39,511 nucleotides of DNA from positions 1-39,511 of the forward strand of contig CAYFMJ010000007.1 in the NCBI GenBank assembly GCA_964344235.1. The letters are read 5' to 3'. Made by a program: the position numbers and the translations under genes. The notes under the pieces are model-generated. The model searched no databases and was not told the DNA's origin. It saw nothing but the letters and a program-made list of their open reading frames with translations. Origin of the DNA: an uncultured Methanosarcinales archaeon (GTDB lineage Archaea > Nanobdellota > Nanobdellia > Woesearchaeales > GW2011-AR9). Positions 1-8,602 of this stretch are shown piece by piece (position 1 is the first letter of the stretch; each line of letters starts with the position of its first letter).

Positions 1-51
1 CTAAGAAATGTGTAGTAGTTTCGTGTTGTGTAGCAGTTTCGGGATATTAGA
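1..51 (+). repeat. Left copy of a 51-bp perfect inverted repeat; contains two 15-bp direct repeats (9-23, 27-41)
   Basis: 1-51 is the exact reverse complement of 39459-39509. Internal units TGTGTAGTAGTTTCG and TGTGTAGCAGTTTCG have an 18-bp period. Confidence 0.97.
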
Positions 52-79
52 GTAGGAATTCTTGGCCAATCAATGGAGA

Positions 80-622
80 TTAACAACAGCCGCCGCCCCG
101 ATACCCCCCGTCACGTCTTTCTCTACGGCGCCCCTCTTGAAAAGAGCGACCCCTTGCAGCAGCTTCTGCCCGTGCAGTACTTTCTGTCTGTCTCTGACAG
201 TCTTCGATAATTGCTTCAACCCGTGCAATTCTATCATCTCCTTCTAGATCTGCAAATAGTAATTGTCTCAGACCATACTCGGTAGGCTCTTTGGGTACAG
301 CCTTCGCAACCCAGATATCTCCCCGATGAATGTAACTATATCCTTGGATCCCAGTACCACGAATTTGGCCTTCACGGAAGACTGCTACCCCTCCAGAAAA
401 TAAAATTTCTCGACTTGGTTCATTGTTAGAACAACTAAAATTCAACCGAACAATGTCCGCGAGATACATTGCTGCTTGTGCATGAACTTTGTAAACACCA
501 ACGGTCTCCTCAACACTATCAAAACCTCTGCCTTCGACCAATGTTGTTGATCCGAGGTTGCCAAGCTCCCGCCACCAACTCAACACGCCCGACTCGGTTA
601 GGTAAAAAGTATGTTCATCCAT
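80..622 (-). CDS. Hypothetical protein, 180 aa, Arg/Gly-rich C-terminus
   Basis: ATG-initiated ORF co-oriented with, and 23 bp downstream of, the JAB-like gene. No family recognised. Confidence 0.7.
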   Translation of the reverse strand: MDEHTFYLTESGVLSWWRELGNLGSTTLVEGRGFDSVEETVGVYKVHAQAAMYLADIVRLNFSCSNNEPSREILFSGGVAVFREGQIRGTGIQGYSYIHRGDIWVAKAVPKEPTEYGLRQLLFADLEGDDRIARVEAIIEDCQRQTESTARAEAAARGRSFQEGRRRERRDGGYRGGGCC

Positions 623-645
623 GAAGAAGGTTCATTAAAGGTTCC

Positions 646-1194
646 TTATAAGAATTGTGGTACTAAGAAGTAAAATGACGATGTTTGATATCCTAAGCTT
701 CGTGCTACCTGCTTAAGTTCTCTCTCAATAATCCTCTGATGCTGAATGAATCCAGAGGGATCTGGGATTGTTTCTAATGTTATTCTTTCCCGACCGTAGA
801 GGATTTTTCGTGTTGGAGAAACCATCATGCCAATAAAGCGCCCATCGTGCTCAAGTTGGGCTTCATAGGAATCAATATCTTGTTGGGATAATCTATCAAA
901 CCACACTTCGCCCGTGCCCCGACAATGGGTATGCCATTTTACACTACGAACATCAGGATGCCGGCGGAAGTATTCGTTAGCAGTTCTCATTCGTTCTGGA
1001 TCTGCTTGAACGTGCGTTGCAGTTCCAATACCTGTAAGATATAATGCTTCTACAGAGCAATCAATTTGGGAATCACTAACGGGTTCTTGTGAGTATAGTA
1101 ATATCCCGTTCGTTTCCCATTCCAGCTCTGCAAGTCGTTGTAGTTTACGATCTAGTGTACGAGGAAGTAATATTCTTCGATAAACTCGTGCCAT
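646..1194 (-). CDS. JAB/MPN+ (JAMM)-like metalloprotease domain protein
   Basis: WETNGILL (catalytic Glu) followed by WHTH and LSQQD, matching E...HxH...SxxD. ATG at 1194 is preferred over GTG 1209 because an AGGTG SD-like motif lies upstream. Confidence 0.65.
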   Translation of the reverse strand: MARVYRRILLPRTLDRKLQRLAELEWETNGILLYSQEPVSDSQIDCSVEALYLTGIGTATHVQADPERMRTANEYFRRHPDVRSVKWHTHCRGTGEVWFDRLSQQDIDSYEAQLEHDGRFIGMMVSPTRKILYGRERITLETIPDPSGFIQHQRIIERELKQVARSLGYQTSSFYFLVPQFL

Positions 1195-1263
1195 TGTATC
1201 AAGAAACACCTAGAAAACCAATTATAATGGTGAATAAGGGGATTTTTATAAAAAACTTGCTTG

Positions 1264-1584
1264 TTATTCTTCAGATTCTTTCGTTTTACCTTCTTTCAAT
1301 TCCTTAACCACTTTCTTGAAGGCTTCTACTTGTTTCTCTGACAAATTGCCGAAGCGGAGGTAATTGCTCTTAATACTGCGGAGAAATGAAGATTCTTCGT
1401 ACAATTTTGTAGGAACGTCAAGCAGTTTTTTCATCTTGGAATTGGTGATGGGGTTTTCTGCTTCCAGTGTAGCAATACCTTTCATATCACATTCAACACA
1501 TTTAGGGAATTGACGAGATGAGAACATAATTACCATATTTTTTTTGCATAACGCACAACGTTGTTTAAATTTTGGTTTCGCCAT
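1264..1584 (-). CDS. Small Zn-ribbon-containing hypothetical protein
   Basis: CALC...CVEC pairs in the N-terminal half; basic, charged tail. Confidence 0.8.
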   Translation of the reverse strand: MAKPKFKQRCALCKKNMVIMFSSRQFPKCVECDMKGIATLEAENPITNSKMKKLLDVPTKLYEESSFLRSIKSNYLRFGNLSEKQVEAFKKVVKELKEGKTKESEE

Positions 1585-1668
1585 GGGAATGTTGTATGAA
1601 GTGGTGTTTATAATACCTGCGTTTTTGATTAATAATATTTTTATAAAAATAAAGGGCAGAGATTATTT

Positions 1669-2496
1669 ATGAGTAGTAAATTACATGATATTGTCATAGA
1701 ACGACACAAAGGTAAAGAGACTGTTGAAACGTTTCGAACGAGATTGCAGCCTGGGTTAACGTGGTTAGTTAAAGGGAAAGGAAGAACGAGAGTCCTTGCA
1801 AGAGAAGAAATCGAAGATGATGATTTCAGGAATAGTTTCGGTGTAGGTGAGCAAATAGTCGCTTTAGCAGGAGGGAAAGGGTTCTCCAAAAAACAAGGAG
1901 TCGTACGCTATACTGAAAGTGGAGGTATTGTGTACATAAACTTGGGGACTAACAGGCCATTTTATTTTGGGTCTGCTAAGCCCGCATTTTTTGACCATAA
2001 TGATATTGATCTGACAGAGGAAGCTTTCAACTTGATGATAGAAAGAGGTCAATGGTATCGGGTTTCAGTAGAGGAAAGAGTGAGACAAGGTATAGGAATA
2101 TCTTTGCTCATTAATTGTTATGACTATTCCTCGGGTGCAGTGAAACGTCCTGGGCAAGAAACACTTGCAGTGCAAAAGTGGTATCACCTTACAGAAGCAG
2201 ATGAAGTTATTGATTTGGGACGAACTCCTGCAAATTGTGATGAAGATATTATTGCAGCCGATGGAGTTATTCGATTAAGTGATCCTGCGATCTCACGGAG
2301 GCATGGGAACTTCTCTTTAACTGAAGATGGACTACAGTATGAGGATTTGGGCAGTTCGAACGGGACCGTACTGAACGGAGGTGGTTTAGGTAGTAGAATA
2401 CCAGTAACGTTACAGCACAGGGACACTATAGAGCTTGGGACTAAGTATGGAGAAAGATTCAGTTATATGATTGAAGTTGTTATGCAAAAGCCCTAA
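1669..2496 (+). CDS. FHA domain-containing protein (C-terminal FHA)
   Basis: LGR...ISRRHG...DLGSSNGTVLNG, the hallmark FHA motifs. Confidence 0.88.
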   Translation: MSSKLHDIVIERHKGKETVETFRTRLQPGLTWLVKGKGRTRVLAREEIEDDDFRNSFGVGEQIVALAGGKGFSKKQGVVRYTESGGIVYINLGTNRPFYFGSAKPAFFDHNDIDLTEEAFNLMIERGQWYRVSVEERVRQGIGISLLINCYDYSSGAVKRPGQETLAVQKWYHLTEADEVIDLGRTPANCDEDIIAADGVIRLSDPAISRRHGNFSLTEDGLQYEDLGSSNGTVLNGGGLGSRIPVTLQHRDTIELGTKYGERFSYMIEVVMQKP

Positions 2497-3599
2497 CCAA
2501 ATATCTTCTTCAGAAAACTTTTGTAGGGTTTTTCTTCTTTCAACTGTTTAATCAAGTCTTTCTGCTTCTTGGTAACTTTCTTCGGAACGGTAATATTGAC
2601 TTTCACCATTTGGTCACCATCGGAACCATGTAACGATGGAAGTCCTTTCCCACGCATTCGAAAGATTGTTTCGGATTGCGTGCCCGCAGGAATCTTAAGA
2701 TCTGCTTTGCCATTAATGGTAGGCACTTCAATCTCATCTCCCAATACAGCTTCTGTATATGAGATAGGAACTGTGATGTGTAGATCGCTACCGTTTCGAG
2801 AGAAGTATTTATGTTCTTTGACATGGACATGAATAAATAAGTCACCAGCAGGTCCACCGTTCTGGCCAACTTCTCCTTCTCCTCTTAACCGTAAGCGCAT
2901 GCCGTCCTCAACACCAGCAGGGATATTTGCTTCCAACTCTTTCTTCTTTCTCAGAAGACCTTCACCATGACACTTCTTACAGGAGTCCTGAGGTAATTCA
3001 CCTTTTCCATGGCAATATGGACATGGTCCTGTTTGTTGGAATAGTCCGAAAGCAGTTCGTTGCGTTCTTCGCACTTGCCCAGAACCGTTACAGTGATGGC
3101 ACTGCTCAAACTTGTGTGCTCCTTTACCGGAACAGTTCTCACAATGTTCTAATTTGTTGAGATGGATCTCTTTCGTTGTACCTTTCGCAACGTCTTCGAG
3201 GCCAATTGTTACTTCATATAATAAGTCGGAACCTCTTCTGGCTCGTGATCTTCTTCTACCCCCTCCGCCAAATAATGCATCAAAGATATCGTCGCCGCCT
3301 TCAAACATTCCCGAACGGAATTGGGACATGATATCAGAGAAATCAAATCCTGAAAAGCCTTGTCCTCCCTGGAATCCAGCACTGCCAAACTGATCATATT
3401 GCTGTCGTTTCTTATCATCTCCTAAAACAGCAGCTGCTTCACTGATTTCTTTGAATTTTTCTTCGTACTCTTTCTTTTTGTCCTCCGGCGCTCGGTCTGG
3501 ATGAAATTTCATCGCTAGCTTTTTGTAGGCTTTCTTGATCTGCTCTTTCGTTGCGCCTTTTTCTAGTCCAAGTAATTTGTAATAATCTTTATTGCTCAT
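2493..3599 (-). CDS. dnaJ: Chaperone DnaJ
   Basis: J-domain with HPD, G/F-rich region, four CxxCxGxG repeats, C-terminal substrate domain. Confidence 0.98.
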   Translation of the reverse strand: MSNKDYYKLLGLEKGATKEQIKKAYKKLAMKFHPDRAPEDKKKEYEEKFKEISEAAAVLGDDKKRQQYDQFGSAGFQGGQGFSGFDFSDIMSQFRSGMFEGGDDIFDALFGGGGRRRSRARRGSDLLYEVTIGLEDVAKGTTKEIHLNKLEHCENCSGKGAHKFEQCHHCNGSGQVRRTQRTAFGLFQQTGPCPYCHGKGELPQDSCKKCHGEGLLRKKKELEANIPAGVEDGMRLRLRGEGEVGQNGGPAGDLFIHVHVKEHKYFSRNGSDLHITVPISYTEAVLGDEIEVPTINGKADLKIPAGTQSETIFRMRGKGLPSLHGSDGDQMVKVNITVPKKVTKKQKDLIKQLKEEKPYKSFLKKIFG

Positions 3600-4203
3600 T
3601 GTCTAATTTCTCTTTCAGTTGTTCAGGAGTGAATGGTAAATGGGAGAAGATTTTTTGTTCGTCCCCTTTGATTACAGAGGAATATTCATCCCATGCGTTA
3701 TCTGTACGAGGATATCTTTCTTTCAAATATGCTAACCGTTTATCCAAGACTATTATTTGTTCGCCGGAGATACGCCAGTCAGCGTAATGGACGATTAATT
3801 CTTCCCACGTTTTATTTCTGTTCTTGGGATCGCTTGAATTTTTTACAACTAATGCTAATTTTGGGAATTCATCTTTAAAGATTTCATATGCAACTTCCGA
3901 TTCATACATATTAGGATATTTCTGACGGAGTTCACGCCACATAACAAGCTCTTCTTCACTATATGGTTCTGGGTGGTATTGTTCGCACGGTTCTAATTTT
4001 TCCAATACAACAACTTTAAACAAGTCGTGCATTAAAGCGGCACATGTAACTAAGTGAGCATTTACGGGTAACCCTTTTTGCTGTAATCTTTTCGCCAAAA
4101 AAACTGCAACTTCAGTTACTTTCAGGCAATGGGATTTGATATTACTCGGTACTTTATACTGTTCAAAATACCCTAAACATTCCTGTTGAGTTGGTAGGTT
4201 CAT
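3589..4203 (-). CDS. HD-domain metal-dependent phosphohydrolase
   Basis: H (KSHC)...LMHDL...HYAD pattern. Lies between dnaK and dnaJ and overlaps the dnaJ start. Confidence 0.85.
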   Translation of the reverse strand: MNLPTQQECLGYFEQYKVPSNIKSHCLKVTEVAVFLAKRLQQKGLPVNAHLVTCAALMHDLFKVVVLEKLEPCEQYHPEPYSEEELVMWRELRQKYPNMYESEVAYEIFKDEFPKLALVVKNSSDPKNRNKTWEELIVHYADWRISGEQIIVLDKRLAYLKERYPRTDNAWDEYSSVIKGDEQKIFSHLPFTPEQLKEKLDNEQ

Positions 4204-4238
4204 AGAAAAAAAGTAAAAAGAAAGGTTTGAAAAACCTT
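4204..4238 (-). terminator. Hairpin plus U-tract after dnaK
   Basis: On the minus strand AAGGTTT-TTC-AAACCTT (4222-4238) is followed by TCTTTTTACTTTTTT. Confidence 0.5.
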
Positions 4239-6123
4239 ATGCTTTCTCTCCTTCTTTCTTTTCAGTAAACTCTGCATCAACGACTTTCTCAGCGTTGTCA
4301 GTTGCTTCCGCTTTAGCATCGCCGGTCTTTGCTTGCTCTGCCTGTGCTTTCTGCGCAGCTTCCGCATAGACTTTCTGACCGATTTCCTGCACAATCTTGT
4401 TGAGGGATTCGATTTCGGCGTTGATTTTTTCTGGTTCACCAGTTTTACGAGCTTCCTCTACTGCTTTGATGCCATCTTCGATTTTTTTCTTGGTTGCGTC
4501 ATCGATTTTGTCTTTGAATTCTTCCAGCATCTTCTTTGTTTGGAAGACAACGGATTCAGCATTGTTTTCTGCTTCGATCTTCGCTTTCTTTTTCTCATCC
4601 TCTGCAGCGTGTTTCTCAGCTTCCTGACGCATTCTTTCAACTTCGTCTTTGTTCAAGTTACCAGAACCAGTGATTTTAATGTTCTGTTCTTTGCCTGTAC
4701 CAAGATCTTTTGCAGAAACTTGTAAGATACCGTTTGCGTCGATGTCGAAGGTAACTTCAATCTGTGGCACGCCACGTGGTGCAGGAGGTAAACCAACTAA
4801 ATCAAACTGGCCTAGTGTTTTATTGTCGGGGAACATTGGCCGCTCTCCCTGTGCAACACGAATCGTTACAGCAGGTTGGTTATCTGCTGCAGTTGAGAAG
4901 ACTTGCGTTTTCTTAGTTGGGATGGTTGTGTTTCTCTCGATTAGTTTTGTAAAGACACCACCAAGAGTTTCGATACCTAAACTTAGAGGTGTTACATCCA
5001 ATAGTAAGACGTCTTTAATATCTCCTGCTAAGACACCTGCCTGGACTGTAGCGCCAACTGCAACTGCTTCATCTGGGTTTACAGATTTATCAGGGTCTTT
5101 TCCTGTTAACCGCCTTACAAGTTCCTGTACTGCAGGAATTCTGGTAGAACCGCCAACAAGTAAGATGTGTTGTAATTTATCTGCAGTCAAGTTAGCATCT
5201 TTAATTGCTTGTTTTACTGGAGCTTCTAATCGTTTTAAGATATCGGAAAGCAATTCTTCAAACTTTGCTCGTGTCAATTCTTCTTTGATATGTTTCGGCC
5301 CGTTCTGATCAGCGGTGATGAACGGAATGCTAATTTCTACTTTTGTTTTTGTTGAGAGTTCGATCTTCGCTTTTTCCGCTGCTTCTTTCAATCGCTGCAT
5401 TGCAGTTGCGTCGTTTTGTAAATCAATTCCAGTAGAATTTTTGAACGAGGCAATAAGATGGTTAATGATTAATTCATCAACATCATCTCCACCTAACTGG
5501 TTATCTCCAGAGGTAGACTTTACTTCAAAGATACCATCGCCTAACTCTAATACTGAAACGTCAAATGTTCCACCACCAAAGTCAAAGACCAAGATTGTTT
5601 TTTCTTGATCTTGTTTCTCTAAACCGTATGCTAAAGATGCTGCGGTTGGTTCGTTAATAATTCGGAGAACGTTAAGACCTGCGATTTCTCCTGCGTTTTT
5701 AGTTGCTTGCCGTTCTGCGTCGTTAAAATATGCTGGAACGGTAATAACAGCATTCTTTACAGGCTGGCCAAGATACGCTTCTGCATCTCGCTTTAATTTC
5801 TGTAAAATCATTGCGGATAATTGTTCAGGCGTGTATTCTTTGCCATCAACTGAAATCTTTTCATTTGTTCCCATTTTCCGTTTAATAGAACGAATGGTGT
5901 GGGAAGGGTCAACGATTGCTTGGTTTCTAGCCACCTGCCCGACGATTACTTCATCTCCTTTAATGTGAATCACACTTGGAGTAGTTCGTGTTCCTTCTGC
6001 GTTGGTAATTATTGTTGGTTTTCCTGCTTCCAGTACGGCCATTGCACTGAATGTAGTTCCTAAATCGATTCCGATTGTTGCTCCAGATACGTTTTGTTTT
6101 TTGCCATCTTTAGTGTTTGTCAT
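4237..6123 (-). CDS. dnaK: Chaperone DnaK (Hsp70)
   Basis: [32 protein letters not shown] motifs. Lacks the N-terminal Gram-negative-type insert. Confidence 0.99.
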   Translation of the reverse strand: MTNTKDGKKQNVSGATIGIDLGTTFSAMAVLEAGKPTIITNAEGTRTTPSVIHIKGDEVIVGQVARNQAIVDPSHTIRSIKRKMGTNEKISVDGKEYTPEQLSAMILQKLKRDAEAYLGQPVKNAVITVPAYFNDAERQATKNAGEIAGLNVLRIINEPTAASLAYGLEKQDQEKTILVFDFGGGTFDVSVLELGDGIFEVKSTSGDNQLGGDDVDELIINHLIASFKNSTGIDLQNDATAMQRLKEAAEKAKIELSTKTKVEISIPFITADQNGPKHIKEELTRAKFEELLSDILKRLEAPVKQAIKDANLTADKLQHILLVGGSTRIPAVQELVRRLTGKDPDKSVNPDEAVAVGATVQAGVLAGDIKDVLLLDVTPLSLGIETLGGVFTKLIERNTTIPTKKTQVFSTAADNQPAVTIRVAQGERPMFPDNKTLGQFDLVGLPPAPRGVPQIEVTFDIDANGILQVSAKDLGTGKEQNIKITGSGNLNKDEVERMRQEAEKHAAEDEKKKAKIEAENNAESVVFQTKKMLEEFKDKIDDATKKKIEDGIKAVEEARKTGEPEKINAEIESLNKIVQEIGQKVYAEAAQKAQAEQAKTGDAKAEATDNAEKVVDAEFTEKKEGEKA

Positions 6124-6147
6124 TTTATTTTATTCCTCCGTTAAGTG

Positions 6148-6618
6148 TTATTGTGTTCCAGCGCTAAGCTTTACTTTTGCATGCCGAATGACGATGTCGT
6201 TAAGCATGTAGCCTTTCTGGAATTCTTCGATTATTGTATTCTCAGGTTTGTCTGACGGTGTTTTCATCAATGCTTCATGAAGATGTGGGTCAAATGTTTC
6301 GTTTTCTGTTTTGATTGTTTCTATTCCGTTATCTTCTAACAGTTGATGAAATTGGGAGTGAATTAACACAATTCCTTTGGTGAACTCATTCTCTTCCGTT
6401 GGTGCGTTTTTCAACGCTAATTCAAGATTGTCTAAGATTGGCAAGAGTTGTATGATAACTCTCTTGGAAGCCATTTCCTGGATATCTTCAATTCTCTTTT
6501 CCGTCTGTTTCTTATAGTTCTCAAAGCCTGCTTGGGTTCTTTGTAAGAGTTCTTTGAGCTCCGCTTCCGCAGAGGGTTTCGGTTTTTTCTTGCTGTCTTT
6601 TGGTTGTTTTTTGGTCAT
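6148..6618 (-). CDS. grpE: Nucleotide exchange factor GrpE
   Basis: RTQAGFENYKK, FDPHLHEA, QKGYML..IRHAKVKL motifs; directly upstream of dnaK. Confidence 0.95.
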   Translation of the reverse strand: MTKKQPKDSKKKPKPSAEAELKELLQRTQAGFENYKKQTEKRIEDIQEMASKRVIIQLLPILDNLELALKNAPTEENEFTKGIVLIHSQFHQLLEDNGIETIKTENETFDPHLHEALMKTPSDKPENTIIEEFQKGYMLNDIVIRHAKVKLSAGTQ

Positions 6619-6639
6619 GATAGATCACTTCTTTGTTGG

Positions 6640-6666
6640 CCTTAAGTCAACTTAGTTGCTTTAAGG
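6640..6666. promoter_or_regulatory. Imperfect palindrome over the predicted grpE transcription start (candidate operator)
   Basis: CCTTAAGTCAAC-TTA-GTTGCTTTAAGG, 10 of 12 arm positions complementary, just downstream of the grpE TATA box. Confidence 0.55.
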
Positions 6667-6675
6667 TGCATTCTT

Positions 6676-6683
6676 TATATAAA
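6676..6683 (-). promoter_or_regulatory. TATA box of the grpE-dnaK operon
   Basis: TTTATATA on the minus strand, preceded by an A-rich BRE-like stretch. Confidence 0.65.
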
Positions 6684-6726
6684 TCTTTTGGAAAAAGTTT
6701 AAATTTAGCAAGAATATTACGGTTGT

Positions 6727-7122
6727 ATGGCTAGCCGCATCACTATCGTGAAAGTCCGCAGGAAGAGCGGAGAGGATGTTAATAGAGAGCTGCAATGGCT
6801 CGGGAATTCGTTAGGGTTATTCAATCAGAGAGATCGAGACAGCAGCTGCTTTAGGGTGTTTATTACATTAGTACGAAAAGCGAAGAACAATCAAGTAGTT
6901 TCGTCCGATGCGATTGCGGAAAGGTTGAGCTTGAGTCGAGGGACGGTGGTGCACCATTTGAATAAGTTAATAAACTCAGGTATTGTGATTCGTGAGAAAG
7001 AGGGATATTTATTACGGGAAACGAATTTACGACGAGTGATTAAAGACATTCAGCAGGACATGAATGCGATGTTTGCTGAGATTGAAGAAGTTGCGAAGGA
7101 AATTGATGAGAAGTTGGGGTAA
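6727..7122 (+). CDS. Winged-helix transcriptional regulator, divergent from grpE
   Basis: SSDAIAERLSLSRGTVVHHLNKLINSGIV HTH plus wing. Confidence 0.85.
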   Translation: MASRITIVKVRRKSGEDVNRELQWLGNSLGLFNQRDRDSSCFRVFITLVRKAKNNQVVSSDAIAERLSLSRGTVVHHLNKLINSGIVIREKEGYLLRETNLRRVIKDIQQDMNAMFAEIEEVAKEIDEKLG

Positions 7123-7959
7123 CTATTTCTCTTTAAATCCCCAGTTAATGAAAAAGACAATAAATAATCCTACGAAGCCTGCGAGGAAGGCGTAGAAAGA
7201 CATGCCACCTGCTTCTGTGATGTGAATAATAGGAACTCTGAGAGAGCCAACCATCAATCCGATGAGGAAGGCAATAGTAATGGCTTTGAAATTCTTGAGT
7301 AATGTGGAGATTAAATGGGAGAACGTGAATAAACCAAATAATGCACCCACAAGAAATGTTCCGACAACAGCGAGGTTATAGGAGTGAAGTGATTGGATTA
7401 AGTATTGGTATTGTCCTAATAAAAGCAGGATAAATGCACCAGAAATTCCCGGAAGAATCATTGCGGCAATCGCTACTGCACCAGCAAGAAAGATGACAGG
7501 AAGCGTGTGAGTTGCTTGCAATGCAGGTAAACCGGCAAGAGTGTAGGCTACGACAAAGCCCAAAGCTGCGAAGACAGCTTTCTCAGCAGAAACTGCACCT
7601 GCTTGTTTCAGCAATACAAGAGCAGACGCAATAATCAAACCAAAAAAGAACGCAAAGGTTGCAGCAGGATAATTGGTAAGTAAAGAGTCAATCGTTTTCG
7701 ATAAAAAGAATATTGCTAAGCCAATTCCAATAAACAAAGGGAGTAAAAAGGAAAAGTCAATTTTCTGAAAGGCTTGTTTCCATTTGAGTTTAAGCAATAG
7801 AGGAATAGCGGCAAACGCTCCGTTGATTGATTTTAACAACCGAGTGTAGATTCCAGTGATAAATGCGATCGTTCCTCCCGAAACACCAGGAATAGTATCG
7901 GCAATACCCATTGCTAGTCCCCTGAGAAAAAAGAGGAATCGTGCTTTGAATGTGTCCAT
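7123..7959 (-). CDS. DUF368-family integral membrane protein
   Basis: GIADTIPGVSGGTIAFITGIY and AMILPGISGAFILLLLG repeats typical of DUF368. Confidence 0.9.
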   Translation of the reverse strand: MDTFKARFLFFLRGLAMGIADTIPGVSGGTIAFITGIYTRLLKSINGAFAAIPLLLKLKWKQAFQKIDFSFLLPLFIGIGLAIFFLSKTIDSLLTNYPAATFAFFFGLIIASALVLLKQAGAVSAEKAVFAALGFVVAYTLAGLPALQATHTLPVIFLAGAVAIAAMILPGISGAFILLLLGQYQYLIQSLHSYNLAVVGTFLVGALFGLFTFSHLISTLLKNFKAITIAFLIGLMVGSLRVPIIHITEAGGMSFYAFLAGFVGLFIVFFINWGFKEK

Positions 7960-7983
7960 AATATAGAAAGAAAGAACGCCCCT

Positions 7984-8106
7984 TTAAAGCTTTATGCAAT
8001 TGTCACAGAAAGGACAGCAGACCCCTTGCATACTAGAGAAAATAAAAGAAATAAACTTGTGTTTACAGTACGGACATTCTTGTGCTTGTCGTTTGATGTG
8101 GCTCAC
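7984..8106 (-). CDS. Unannotated 40-aa Zn-ribbon microprotein
   Basis: GTG start; translates to MSHIKRQAQECPYCKHKFISFIFSSMQGVCCPFCDNCIKL* with CPYC...CPFC. Fills an otherwise empty gap; below the ORF-track cutoff. Confidence 0.6.
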   Translation of the reverse strand: MSHIKRQAQECPYCKHKFISFIFSSMQGVCCPFCDNCIKL

Positions 8107-8130
8107 CCCAACCGTATCAATACTGCCTTC

Positions 8131-8511
8131 CTAATCGGAAGCTAGCTTCCAAATAGCTTTCATACTGACGATGATTGCTCCTGGAACTACAAAGACAACG
8201 ATGTTACTTAAGATTGCTCGTAAATATAACCCAACACCCGGAATTAACCCCAAATTAACGATACCTGCTAACATTAACGCGATAGCAGCTATTAGGAAAG
8301 GGGTCGTTTCCTGTGCGGTTAAGTTGAAAAGACCTACGATAATTCCCAAAATAACTAACGTCGTTACTAATATCTCTGGACTAACGATTGTGCGAAATAA
8401 TCCTGCAACAATCGCCACCAATAATCCTACAAAGAACGTATAATGTGCAACTTTATGAAGTTCCATAGATTTTTTTGACTTGGAACTGGACGCTGACCTC
8501 TTTTTTGCCAT
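8131..8511 (-). CDS. Small membrane protein (3-4 TM helices)
   Basis: Hydrophobic segments; ATG 8511 follows a GAGGTG SD motif. Confidence 0.8.
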   Translation of the reverse strand: MAKKRSASSSKSKKSMELHKVAHYTFFVGLLVAIVAGLFRTIVSPEILVTTLVILGIIVGLFNLTAQETTPFLIAAIALMLAGIVNLGLIPGVGLYLRAILSNIVVFVVPGAIIVSMKAIWKLASD

Positions 8512-8602
8512 TGTAATAATCACCTCTTATGATGTGTGGATTAAAGATTTGTAGTATATAAAATCTTCGTTTTTGTCTTATAAGCAAATCGTAACTAACT
8601 AA

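Noticed and set aside
1-51. CRISPR repeat or integron attC reading of the terminal repeat
   Set aside because: Only two 15-bp units with a 3-bp gap, no spacers and no cas genes. The interior is not self-complementary as an attC site requires.
4333-5608. Long plus-strand ORFs antisense to dnaK (also those opposite dnaJ, the giant gene and the PBP)
   Set aside because: Shadow ORFs of strongly conserved genes, with no motifs of their own.
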